From contig JBBDTI010000079.1 in the NCBI GenBank assembly GCA_040904565.1, positions 16,998 to 50,161 on the forward strand: a DNA stretch of 33,164 nt, in the 5' to 3' direction. Source of the DNA: Rhodothermales bacterium. Its GTDB lineage: Bacteria; Bacteroidota; Rhodothermia; Rhodothermales; VXPQ01. This document shows, in pieces, positions 9,779-18,345 of the stretch. Each line of letters begins with the position of its first letter. Within the stretch, counting starts at the first letter, position 1. A model generated the notes under the pieces. The model was given only the letters and a program-made list of their open reading frames with translations. It did no database searches and was not told the DNA's origin. Both the position numbers and the translations under genes were made by a program.

Positions 9779-11368
9779 ATGGTTACTTCGTCCGATTCTC
9801 GAGCGTCCACGGCGACCTGGCTGCGCAATGCGACGGCCGAGGTTACCTCCCGGCTCCCCGTGCGGGCGCGGCGCAGCGTAGGTAGATTTATCGACCATCC
9901 GGAGAGCGCGCAGCGGAAGCTGCTGCGCCGGTTGCTTCGCCGGGCCGCGGACACGGAGTGGGGGCGGCGACTGGACTTCGAGGAGATCAGCCGGGCGCCG
10001 GACATCGTCGACGCTTACCGAGTGAGCGTGCCGCTGCACGACTACGGCGACCTGCGGGACGACGTGCAGCGTCTCCGGGCCGGGGCCCGGGACGTGATCT
10101 GGCCCGGCACGTTCGGCCACTTCGCCGTTTCGAGCGGAACGGCATCCTCCGGTAAGATCATTCCGGTGAGCGACGCCATGTTGTCGAGCAACCGTGACTT
10201 CAGCATGGCTGTCGGGCTCAGCTACCTGCAGGAGACGGGGAATCTGGATTTTCTGCTGGGGAAGCATCTCACCCTTCCCGGCCGCATCGAGGAGGACCCC
10301 AATTTCCCGGGTACGATGATCGGTGAGGTGAGTGGGCTTCAGGCGGAGCATGCACCGTTGCTGTTTAGTCACCTTCTTCAGGCGGTGCCGAACGAGGTCG
10401 CTTTTCTTCCGAACTGGGAACGAAAGCTTCGTGCCATAGCCGAGCGCACCGTCGATATGGACATTCGTTCCGTAGTGATGGCACCGACGTGGGCCCTGGT
10501 TTTCTTCCGGGAACTGATCCGGCTGCGGAACGACGGCACCGGTTCATCGGTCGAGACCGTCGGCGAGGTGTGGCCGAATCTGCAGGTCTTCATATCCGGC
10601 GGTGTGGCCCTTTCGTCCTATCGCGGACTCCTGGAGGAGGTCATCGGTTTACCCGGTCTGCATTTTCTGGAGACGTACGGCGCCTCCGAAGGGTTCTTTT
10701 CGTTTCAGGATCGCGTACACGATGCGTCGATGCTTCTGCATCTGGACAACGGCGTCTATTTCGAATTCGTGCGAATGGACGAACTGGGGTCGGACGAGCC
10801 CTCACGGTATTCGATCGGTGAAGTGGAGACGGACGTACGCTACGCGCTCTACGTGACCACCTGCAGCGGTCTCTGGGCTTACAATGTGGGCGACGTCGTT
10901 CGGTTCACCGGTACGGCACCTCATCGGATCGTCGTCGCCGGCCGCACGAGTGAGATGCTCGACCGGTACGGCGAGGCCGTATTCGGTGAAGAAATGCGGG
11001 CTGCGCTTCGATCGGCGTGCGAGCGAACGGGTGCCCACGTCAGGGATTTTCACGTTGCCCCGCGTCCGGCGGAACTTAACCGTCTCCCAACTCATCAATG
11101 GTTAGTAGAATTCGACCGGCCTCCGGAGAGCGAGGAGGCCTTCGGGTCCGCCCTCGACGAATACCTCATCGACGTGAATCGTCATTACCAGATTCGGAGG
11201 GAGGCCGGAGCTTTTGATCGGCCGGAAGTGGTCGTTCTTCCAAAGGGCGCCTTCTATGCGTGGCTCAAGGCCACGAAGGAGCGGGTCGGCGGACAGACGA
11301 AAGTTCCGCGGATGAGCGAAGAACGAGACGTCGCAGACGGTGTGCTCGCTCAGGTGACCTCGGGGTAA
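9779..11368 (+). CDS. GH3-family acyl-acid amido synthetase (GH3 auxin-responsive promoter family)
   Basis: SSGTASSGKIIP adenylate-forming motif, ETYGASEGF, GLWAYNVGDVV, GGQTKVPR; ATG 9779 preferred over TTG 9770. Confidence 0.88.
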   Translation: MVTSSDSRASTATWLRNATAEVTSRLPVRARRSVGRFIDHPESAQRKLLRRLLRRAADTEWGRRLDFEEISRAPDIVDAYRVSVPLHDYGDLRDDVQRLRAGARDVIWPGTFGHFAVSSGTASSGKIIPVSDAMLSSNRDFSMAVGLSYLQETGNLDFLLGKHLTLPGRIEEDPNFPGTMIGEVSGLQAEHAPLLFSHLLQAVPNEVAFLPNWERKLRAIAERTVDMDIRSVVMAPTWALVFFRELIRLRNDGTGSSVETVGEVWPNLQVFISGGVALSSYRGLLEEVIGLPGLHFLETYGASEGFFSFQDRVHDASMLLHLDNGVYFEFVRMDELGSDEPSRYSIGEVETDVRYALYVTTCSGLWAYNVGDVVRFTGTAPHRIVVAGRTSEMLDRYGEAVFGEEMRAALRSACERTGAHVRDFHVAPRPAELNRLPTHQWLVEFDRPPESEEAFGSALDEYLIDVNRHYQIRREAGAFDRPEVVVLPKGAFYAWLKATKERVGGQTKVPRMSEERDVADGVLAQVTSG

Positions 11369-11641
11369 TGTCGCGCGAGGCGGGACGAGCGGACCGGCGG
11401 TAGAGGTCGCCGTTGCCGGCAGACTCGGTCTGTTCTCGTGGACATGCGTACTGAAATAGTACATTGACCGGAACATCCGTTATCGATAGACGTGGATTTC
11501 AGCCGGATCGCCAAAAGCACCATCGCCGAGGTCCGGCTACGCGGACAGCCTCTCCGCGCCGGCGACGCAGCCTGCAGCACTCATCAAGTAGACGACGACA
11601 CCGCGAATACCGCTACAACCACCTAAATAGCTGATTGGCCT

Positions 11642-12481
11642 ATGTATGTCCCACGCCAGCAGCGGATGCTGGATCAGTATCTCCAGGAGATCGGCCAGAT
11701 CCCGCTCCTTACGCCAGATGAAGAAGTGGACCTGGCTCAACGCATCCATAAGGGAGATCAGGAAGCGCTGCACAAATTGACCCGAGCGAATCTGCGTTTC
11801 GTTGTTTCGGTCGCCAAGAAGTATCAGGGCCAGGGTTTGACGCTGGCCGACCTGATCAACGAAGGCAATTACGGGCTGATCAAAGCGGCGCAGCGCTTCG
11901 ACGAGACCCGTGGGTTCAAATTCATTTCCTATGCTGTCTGGTGGATTCGCCAGGCGATCCTGCAGGCGCTCGCAGAGCAGAGTCGGGTAGTCCGACTACC
12001 GCTGAACCGCATCGGTACGATTTCGAAGATCCGAAAGACCAGTGCGAAGCTCTCGCAGGAGCACGAGCGGTCTCCGAACATCGAGGAGCTCGCGGACGAG
12101 CTCGAGATCGACGTCAGCAAGGTGCGAGAGGCGATGCAGCACACGGGGCGACATCTGTCGATGGATGCTCCCTTCAACGAGGACGACGACAACAGCCTGC
12201 TCGACGTGCTGCCGGACAACGAGGACACCTCGCCGGACGACATATTGCTTGATGAGTCGGTCAAGATCGATATCGAGCGCGCCCTCAGTCTTCTTCATCC
12301 GCGTGAGGCGGAGATCACGCGGCTGTACTTTGGCATTGGGCGGGAGCATCCGTTGACGCTCGAAGAGATCGGTCAGCGTTTCGGCCTGACGCGCGAGCGC
12401 GTGCGTCAGATCAAGGAGAAGGCACTACGAAAGCTGCGACAGAAGCATCGTCGCGAAGAGTTGCAAATGCATATCGGCTGA
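11642..12481 (+). CDS. rpoD: RNA polymerase sigma-70 factor, short Bacteroidota-type RpoD/SigA family (no region 1.1)
   Basis: [50 protein letters not shown]...[13 protein letters not shown]; may be a paralogue rather than the primary sigma. Confidence 0.88.
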   Translation: MYVPRQQRMLDQYLQEIGQIPLLTPDEEVDLAQRIHKGDQEALHKLTRANLRFVVSVAKKYQGQGLTLADLINEGNYGLIKAAQRFDETRGFKFISYAVWWIRQAILQALAEQSRVVRLPLNRIGTISKIRKTSAKLSQEHERSPNIEELADELEIDVSKVREAMQHTGRHLSMDAPFNEDDDNSLLDVLPDNEDTSPDDILLDESVKIDIERALSLLHPREAEITRLYFGIGREHPLTLEEIGQRFGLTRERVRQIKEKALRKLRQKHRREELQMHIG

Positions 12482-12516
12482 CGTCACTTCGACGTATCGG
12501 ATATTATCGTCATGTG

Positions 12517-12552
12517 AGGGCATGCCTTCGCGAAGGCATGCCCTTGCTTTTT
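12517..12552 (+). terminator. Intrinsic terminator after the sigma factor gene
   Basis: Perfect 28-bp palindrome AGGGCATGCCTTCGCGAAGGCATGCCCT (12517-12544) followed by TGCTTTTT. Confidence 0.85.
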
Positions 12553-12769
12553 GCGCCGGGTTCAGTCGAGTATGCTGAAGCCCGGTCACCACTGCACCAG
12601 GTTCTCGATAAAGGAACGCATGCACCTTTGTATGCTCGACGACGCCTACGAGGAGAGCACGTCGGAGCTGGCCGACGTAAAGCCCTGCCGCGGCCGGATT
12701 GCGAACCAGCCGGGTCGCCCCGCGTTGATTCCGAGGAATCCAGACGAAAAAGAAATTTAGTTTTATGGC

Positions 12770-14392
12770 GTGGTCGATCAGATAGACGGTAATCGCGGGG
12801 CCATCAATCGCGGGCCCACAGCGCTGAAGCAGCAGTCGGCGGTCGCTCGCTTGGGCCTCTTCGCTCTGGAAAGCCATTCGCTGTCGGAGGTCATGCGGGA
12901 GACCGTTCGCGTCGTCGTCGATGCGCTCGGCGCAGACTTATGCTCCGTCCTTACCTTGCGAAAGGTCGACGGTTCGTTTCTCGTGCGCGCGGGTCACGGT
13001 TGGAAGGAGGGGCTCGTCGGAAGCGCCCGCGTCGGCTCCGACGAGGACGAATCGCTGGCGGGATACACCCTGGCGACGGGTAAGCCCGTGATGGTCGACG
13101 TCCTTGACGAGGAAACGCGGTTCTTCGTGGCACCGCGATTGGTCGACCACGACATCGTGAGTAGTCTCTCCGTGCTGATCGAAGGCGAGGAAGAGCCGTA
13201 TGGTGTCCTCACCACACACACGAAGCACCGGCGCGAGTTCTCTGAGATGGACGTGAACTTCCTCCAGACGGCAGCGAACGTACTGGCGGGAGCGATCGAG
13301 CGGAAGCGCGTAGAGGACGCCCTTCGCGAGAGCGAGGCACGGGCTCGCGCCGTTCTTAATACGACCGTCGACGGGATCATCACAATCGATGTGAACGGTA
13401 CGATTGAATCGTTTAACGCCGCGGCGGAGCGAATCTTCGGTTACGAAGCCGATGAGGTTGTCGGGAAAAACGTGCACATCCTCATGCCGCCCCCGTACAA
13501 GGAGGAGCACGACGAGTATATCCGCAGCTATCTGGACACGGGGCGACGCAAGATTATTGGGATCGGACGAGAAGTCGTTGGCCTTCGAAAGGACGGCTCG
13601 ACGTTTCCGCTCGATCTGGCTGTCAGCGAGGTGTATCTGAACGAACGCCGCATCTTTACCGGCGTAGTGCGCGACATCACGGACAGGCGGCACCTCGAAC
13701 ACGAGATCCTCCGCATCAGCGAGCAAGAACGTCGACGGATCGGGCAGGACCTTCACGATGGACTGGGTCAGATGTTGACCGGTATCGGTCTCATCACACG
13801 CAACCTTGCCAGACGGCTTGACGCCGAGAACGAGAAACACGCGGCCGACGTCGCCGAGATCGCCGAACTGCTCAAGGAAGCCGACGAGTTTGCCCGGGCG
13901 CTGGCTCGCGGACTCGTGCCCGTGGATCTCGAAAAGAATGGCCTCCAATACGCTCTGCAGCGCCTGGCGTCCGGGGCCGAGAAGCTTTTCGGCGTTCGCT
14001 GTACGTTCGAAGAGACCGGCAGTGTGGCGATAGAGGATAATTCCGTCGCCACGCACCTGTACCGCATCGCCCAGGAAGCCGTGAGCAATGCCGTAAAGCA
14101 CGGCAGGGCCGAGCACGTACGGGTCTATATCGCCGGCGGGGATCGGCTCATTCGCCTGCGCATTCACGACGACGGCGTGGGATTCCCAGACGATTTCGAT
14201 GCGGTTTCGGGCGATTCCGGCATGGGCGTGCGTATCATGCGGCACCGCGCACGCATCATCGGAGCGAACCTGGAAATTACGGGCGGGCTTGACGAAGGCA
14301 CGACGATCACGTGCACCCTGCGGAATCACGGATCCTCGTTACCGGCCGGCGGTGAAGAGTATATTCGTAATCGAGAATTACACACTCCATGA
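12770..14392 (+). CDS. Cytoplasmic sensor histidine kinase: GAF + FixL-type heme PAS + HisKA_3 + HATPase
   Basis: PAS segment LMPPPYKEEHDEYI...IIGIGREVVGLRKDGSTFP matches FixL; H-box RIGQDLHDGLGQ is NarX/UhpB type; N-box RIAQEAVSNAVKH; DDGVG; no TM helix. Confidence 0.9.
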   Translation: MVDQIDGNRGAINRGPTALKQQSAVARLGLFALESHSLSEVMRETVRVVVDALGADLCSVLTLRKVDGSFLVRAGHGWKEGLVGSARVGSDEDESLAGYTLATGKPVMVDVLDEETRFFVAPRLVDHDIVSSLSVLIEGEEEPYGVLTTHTKHRREFSEMDVNFLQTAANVLAGAIERKRVEDALRESEARARAVLNTTVDGIITIDVNGTIESFNAAAERIFGYEADEVVGKNVHILMPPPYKEEHDEYIRSYLDTGRRKIIGIGREVVGLRKDGSTFPLDLAVSEVYLNERRIFTGVVRDITDRRHLEHEILRISEQERRRIGQDLHDGLGQMLTGIGLITRNLARRLDAENEKHAADVAEIAELLKEADEFARALARGLVPVDLEKNGLQYALQRLASGAEKLFGVRCTFEETGSVAIEDNSVATHLYRIAQEAVSNAVKHGRAEHVRVYIAGGDRLIRLRIHDDGVGFPDDFDAVSGDSGMGVRIMRHRARIIGANLEITGGLDEGTTITCTLRNHGSSLPAGGEEYIRNRELHTP

Positions 14393-15039
14393 AGAAGATT
14401 ATCATTGTTGACGACCACCCTCTGATGCGGAAGGGGCTCGCCCTGTCGCTGAACGGCGAAACGGATCTAAAGGTCGTCGCGCAGGCAGCTGATGCCGAGG
14501 AGGCGCTGGACATGCTCGAAGACCAGGAGTTCGATGTGGCCATCGTAGACATCTCGCTGCCCGGTATGAGCGGTCTCGAGCTGATCAAGCACATGCAGGC
14601 CGTCTATCCGGAAATCCGGTCGCTCGTCGTTTCCCGGCACGACGAGGCACTCTACGCGGAGCGCGCCATCCGCGCAGGTGCACGGGGGTACGTGATGAAG
14701 CTGGAAGCGGCGGACGAGATCGTCAAGGCCGTACGACGCGTGTTGGCCGGGGGGATCTACGTCAGTGACGAGATCAACGAGCGATTGTTGATGGGGCTCG
14801 CGGCGGGACGTGACGAGCTGGCCCAGTCGCCGCTGGAAATCTTAAGCGACCGGGAGCTCGAGGTCTTCGAGCTCTCCGGGCGCGGACTCGTCACGCGCGA
14901 GATTGCCGAACGGCTTCATCTCTCTCCCAAGACCATCGAGTCCTATCGCGCACGAATCAAGGAGAAGTTGAATCTAAAGACGGCCGCCGAGCTCATGCAG
15001 CACGCGGTGCAATGGGTCGAGGGCGAAGGGAAGGGGTAG
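14389..15039 (+). CDS. NarL/LuxR-family response regulator
   Basis: IVDDHPL, phospho-acceptor VDISLP, HTH LSDRELEV...LSPKTIESYRARIKEKL; ATGA overlap with the kinase. Confidence 0.94.
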   Translation: MKKIIIVDDHPLMRKGLALSLNGETDLKVVAQAADAEEALDMLEDQEFDVAIVDISLPGMSGLELIKHMQAVYPEIRSLVVSRHDEALYAERAIRAGARGYVMKLEAADEIVKAVRRVLAGGIYVSDEINERLLMGLAAGRDELAQSPLEILSDRELEVFELSGRGLVTREIAERLHLSPKTIESYRARIKEKLNLKTAAELMQHAVQWVEGEGKG

Positions 15040-15070
15040 TGAAGCCCATCGTTGCCGCTCCCTTTACCGC

Positions 15071-16753
15071 CTAGAAGAATCGGAAGCCCGGCGAGACGAA
15101 GTTCGGCGGCAGATACGTGGCGAAAAACGGGCCGTACGCGATCAGAATCAGCACGATCGCGACGATCACCCAGAAACCGATGCGATCGAACGACTTCGAC
15201 CAGCGGGACTCATGCGGGGTCAGGAGCGTTTCCGACCAGGGTATGTCTTTCGGCCCATATCCCTTCTTCCCGAAGAAGACGGTCATTAATACGACGATGA
15301 AAAACATCAGGATGCCGACGAACATCATCGTGCCGCCGATTCCCGTCAGCGCACCGCCGAGGTCCCAGGCTTCCTGATCGTAGGCCGCCTGCACGCGGTA
15401 AATGCGCCGCGGCATGCCTTCGAGTCCGGCCGAGATCATTCCACGCGCGAAGACGAACACGCCGATGGAGTAGATCCACGACGACCATAGGGCCATCTTC
15501 CGCCCTCTGAGCTCGCGGTCGGTCAGGTACGGCACCATCCAGTAGGCCACGCCCATCAGCGTGAGCGCGACGGCACTGCCCACGGTCATGTGGAAGTGGC
15601 CCGGCACCCAGGTCGTGTTATGGATGATCTGATTCATCGTGAAGCTGGCGTTGATCAAACCGGTAATGCCACCGAACACGAACGTGATCATGGCCAGGAG
15701 CTGGGCCGTGAGCGACGGGTTACCCCATGGAAGCTTCGGGATCCATCCAAGCAGGCCCTTGCCGCCCGCAGCTCGCCCGCCCATTTCCAGCGAGGCCATC
15801 ACCGAGAAGGCCGTGGCCAGGCTGGGGAAGAACACGCCGAAGGTCAGGACGGCGTGGATGGCCTTCATCGTCGTCGAGATGCCCGGATCGGTGTATTGAT
15901 GATGGAATCCGGTCGGGATGGAGAGCAATAAAAAGAGAATGAAGACGAATTTCGTCAACGTGTTGCTGACGATCTTGCCGCCCGCCTGTCGCGGGACAAG
16001 GGCATACCAGGCGACGTAGGCTGGAAGGAGCCACGCGTATACAATGGCGTGGCCCGTGAACCAGAAGAGCGTCCGAGTCAGAAGGGGATCGGTCTTTTCA
16101 ACGAGTCCCGTCGTCCACGGCAGCAGGAACACGAGAAATTCGACCGCGATCGGCAGCGAGGCGATGAACCACATCACGTAGCTTACGACCGAGATGTGCG
16201 CGAGCAGCGGCATATCCGCGTCCGGGTGCTCCTTCTTGAACCCGCGCCACGCAAGGAGCATGGCTGCCAGCGCCAGCCACGTGCTGACGACTACCAATAC
16301 GAGGCCGAAGTAATACGTCCAGTGTGCCTGGAGAGGGGCGTAGGACGTGTAGAGGACCGTGGCCCGATTCGTCGCGATGGCGAAAACGACGAGCACATTG
16401 CCGGCGACGAGCGATCCCAGAGACGCCCAGAGCAGCGACGTATTCAGCTTGCGCGACAACGCCCGTGCCGTCATCAGCGGCAGGAACGCATTGCTGAACG
16501 AGAAGGTGAAGATCAGCGCGTTTGCTACGCCGTGGGCCGTCAGCCCCTGATAGTAGCTGCGCAGCGCCGGGAAGTACTGGAGGATGTCGATGTTGGCATA
16601 GGACAGTGCCTGGGCCAGACCGTGAAAAATGCCGGCTGTCAACGCGGCGTAGCCGATGTAGAGGCTCCATCGCAGCGGACGTTGCTGCACCTCCGGAAGG
16701 CGGAACGGCGTGCGGTCGAAGACGGATGCGGCGAGGGACGTTTGCGTGCTCAT
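15071..16753 (-). CDS. cbaA: ba3-type (B-family) heme-copper oxygen reductase subunit I
   Basis: YYQGLTAHG, TLFWFTGHAIVY (CuB His plus cross-linked Tyr), GFHHQYTDPGI, WVPGHFH, K-channel PAYVAWY and PSLAT; start at ATG 16753 overlapping the cbaB stop. Confidence 0.93.
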   Translation of the reverse strand: MSTQTSLAASVFDRTPFRLPEVQQRPLRWSLYIGYAALTAGIFHGLAQALSYANIDILQYFPALRSYYQGLTAHGVANALIFTFSFSNAFLPLMTARALSRKLNTSLLWASLGSLVAGNVLVVFAIATNRATVLYTSYAPLQAHWTYYFGLVLVVVSTWLALAAMLLAWRGFKKEHPDADMPLLAHISVVSYVMWFIASLPIAVEFLVFLLPWTTGLVEKTDPLLTRTLFWFTGHAIVYAWLLPAYVAWYALVPRQAGGKIVSNTLTKFVFILFLLLSIPTGFHHQYTDPGISTTMKAIHAVLTFGVFFPSLATAFSVMASLEMGGRAAGGKGLLGWIPKLPWGNPSLTAQLLAMITFVFGGITGLINASFTMNQIIHNTTWVPGHFHMTVGSAVALTLMGVAYWMVPYLTDRELRGRKMALWSSWIYSIGVFVFARGMISAGLEGMPRRIYRVQAAYDQEAWDLGGALTGIGGTMMFVGILMFFIVVLMTVFFGKKGYGPKDIPWSETLLTPHESRWSKSFDRIGFWVIVAIVLILIAYGPFFATYLPPNFVSPGFRFF

Positions 16754-17217
16754 TCGACGATGACGGTTCCGTACATGAGATGGTGACCTGGGCCGCAGTA
16801 CTCGTGGCAGATAATGAGATACTCGCCCGGCTCGGTGAAGCGGTACGAATTGCGTGACACCTGACCGGGTATCAGCATCATATTCAGGCGCGTCCCTTCC
16901 ACGTTTAATCCGTGCAGCACGTCGGGCGTCGTGGCGACGAACGTCACGTTGGCTCCGGCCGGCACCCGTATCTCGGCGGGCTCGAAGGACCACATCCGGC
17001 CGATCATTACCGCTTCGTACTCGTCGCCGCCGAGGTGTCGAACGCCGGGATTATCGAACGGAGGCGTCGTCGTGATCGCCGCAGGATCCACCTCCACGTC
17101 CTTGCCCGGTAAATGAATGCCGTGGGCCAGGCTCGCATACAGCAGGGCCCCGAGGCAGCAGACGAGCAGTACGGCTCCCAGCCAGAGGAAAGCCTTTTCG
17201 TACAGGTGAACTTTCAT
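16750..17217 (-). CDS. cbaB: ba3-type oxidase subunit II (CuA)
   Basis: Single N-terminal TM helix after YEKAFL, DVLHG, CuA motif CHEYCGPGHHLM. Confidence 0.93.
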   Translation of the reverse strand: MKVHLYEKAFLWLGAVLLVCCLGALLYASLAHGIHLPGKDVEVDPAAITTTPPFDNPGVRHLGGDEYEAVMIGRMWSFEPAEIRVPAGANVTFVATTPDVLHGLNVEGTRLNMMLIPGQVSRNSYRFTEPGEYLIICHEYCGPGHHLMYGTVIVE

Positions 17218-17311
17218 AAATCGTATAGACGGTTCATTTCACGGTGAACGGGTCCCGGTTTCTCGGAAAGCTCACGTGCGGTTGATGCCTGGACGGCTCG
17301 GTCGGCACCCG

Positions 17312-17461
17312 TCATCGGCCCAGCAGCATGAGATACATCATGATCCAGAAACCGAATATCAACATCAGCAGAATGAGCGTCAGGAAGACCGTCCCGGTCG
17401 TGCGGGGCTCTTCCTCGTCAGGAAGAGCCCGATCGTCGGAAGGAGGGGGCGATTCAGGCAT
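17312..17461 (-). CDS. cbaD: ba3-type oxidase subunit IIa, 49 aa (not in the ORF track)
   Basis: Hand translation MPESPPPSDDRALPDEEEPRTTGTVFLTLILLMLIFGFWIMMYLMLLGR*; single TM helix ending FW-x3-Y-x5-R like Thermus subunit IIa; directly upstream of cbaB. Confidence 0.82.
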   Translation of the reverse strand: MPESPPPSDDRALPDEEEPRTTGTVFLTLILLMLIFGFWIMMYLMLLGR

Positions 17462-17478
17462 GGCCGGGCGTAAACGGG

Positions 17479-17694
17479 TTAAGAGTTATCTCGGTCGAGC
17501 GTGCGGCTGAGGGCAAACAGGATCCCACCGAGCACCGCCGCTGCAGGCAGGGCGATCCACAGCCGGGCGCTAAAGTCGAGCGCGAGAATATGATTCAGCG
17601 ATTCCCATAGGACCGCGACAAACGGAATGCCCAGAACGACGAACATCGCCATGATCCAGAAAATCCGCCGGCCGTTTTCTTCGGACGTGGTCAT
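17479..17694 (-). CDS. Small hypothetical membrane protein (71 aa, two TM helices), first gene of the cba operon
   Basis: Two hydrophobic stretches; stop lies 17 bp before the cbaD start on the same strand. Confidence 0.65.
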   Translation of the reverse strand: MTTSEENGRRIFWIMAMFVVLGIPFVAVLWESLNHILALDFSARLWIALPAAAVLGGILFALSRTLDRDNS

Positions 17695-18099
17695 CTCGGT
17701 GATGATCTGTTGATGGAAGGCTCGGCGGGACCGTGAGGGACGGCCCGCGGCCCTCGCTGCAACGGATTCGTCATCTACGGGACCTTTCTAATTCGGTTCG
17801 ACGCGTTTGGAGAAGTGAGCGATCCCCCAGCTGCGTCGTAGGTGAATTCCTTACAAGCTGTCGCCCGAGTCAGGGCGGTAAACGAGTAAGACTTTCGGGT
17901 TGGGGGAGGTACACGCCGCGTGGACGGCGAGGTTGTGCGCATCTCACCTGCATCAAAATGAAGGCTTGCCCTACAAGCAGATGCCGTAAGGCCCTGCAAC
18001 CGTATTGATGCCGCTATCCGATTATAACAGCGACCTGAGACATGGTCAAGTCTCAGCTACCAACATATATCTATTACATTCGCGATGGGAGGTATGGTT

Positions 18100-18291
18100 A
18101 TGATCAGGAACGTAGGACTCGCAGATCGTCGCATTCGCATCGTACTGGGGGTGATTATCCTGGCGCTCGGCGTGTTCATGGAAAGCTGGTGGGGTCTGAT
18201 CGGGTTGATTCCGCTCGCGACGGGTTTCGTGAGATGGTGTCCGCTCTATGCGCCGTTCAAGTTCTCTACCACGAAACGCGAGACCGCATAA
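18100..18291 (+). CDS. DUF2892 (YgaP-like) small membrane protein
   Basis: MIRNVGLADRRIRIVLG...GLIPLATGFVRWCPLY pattern; GGAGGT at 18088-18093 favours ATG 18100. Confidence 0.85.
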   Translation: MIRNVGLADRRIRIVLGVIILALGVFMESWWGLIGLIPLATGFVRWCPLYAPFKFSTTKRETA

Positions 18292-18345
18292 CTTCATCCT
18301 TCTGAAGGAGAAGGCTCTTCGCTGCCAAGAATCCCGCAACCTGCT

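Noticed and set aside
12551-12769. 69-aa ORF in frame with the kinase and separated by one TAG (possible readthrough or pseudogene)
   Set aside because: No domain similarity, weak TTG start inside the terminator tail, and the kinase is complete from 12770
15071-16753. Heme-copper enzyme as a B-family-derived NO reductase (e.g. eNOR), given the nearby nos genes
   Set aside because: Helix VI keeps the cross-linked Tyr (GHAIVY) and the K-channel Tyr/Tyr/Ser/Thr residues of ba3-type O2 reductases
17943-18018. FNR/DNR boxes (TTGAT-N4-ATCAA) in the divergent promoter, also near 20740
   Set aside because: Only isolated half-sites are present; no complete box
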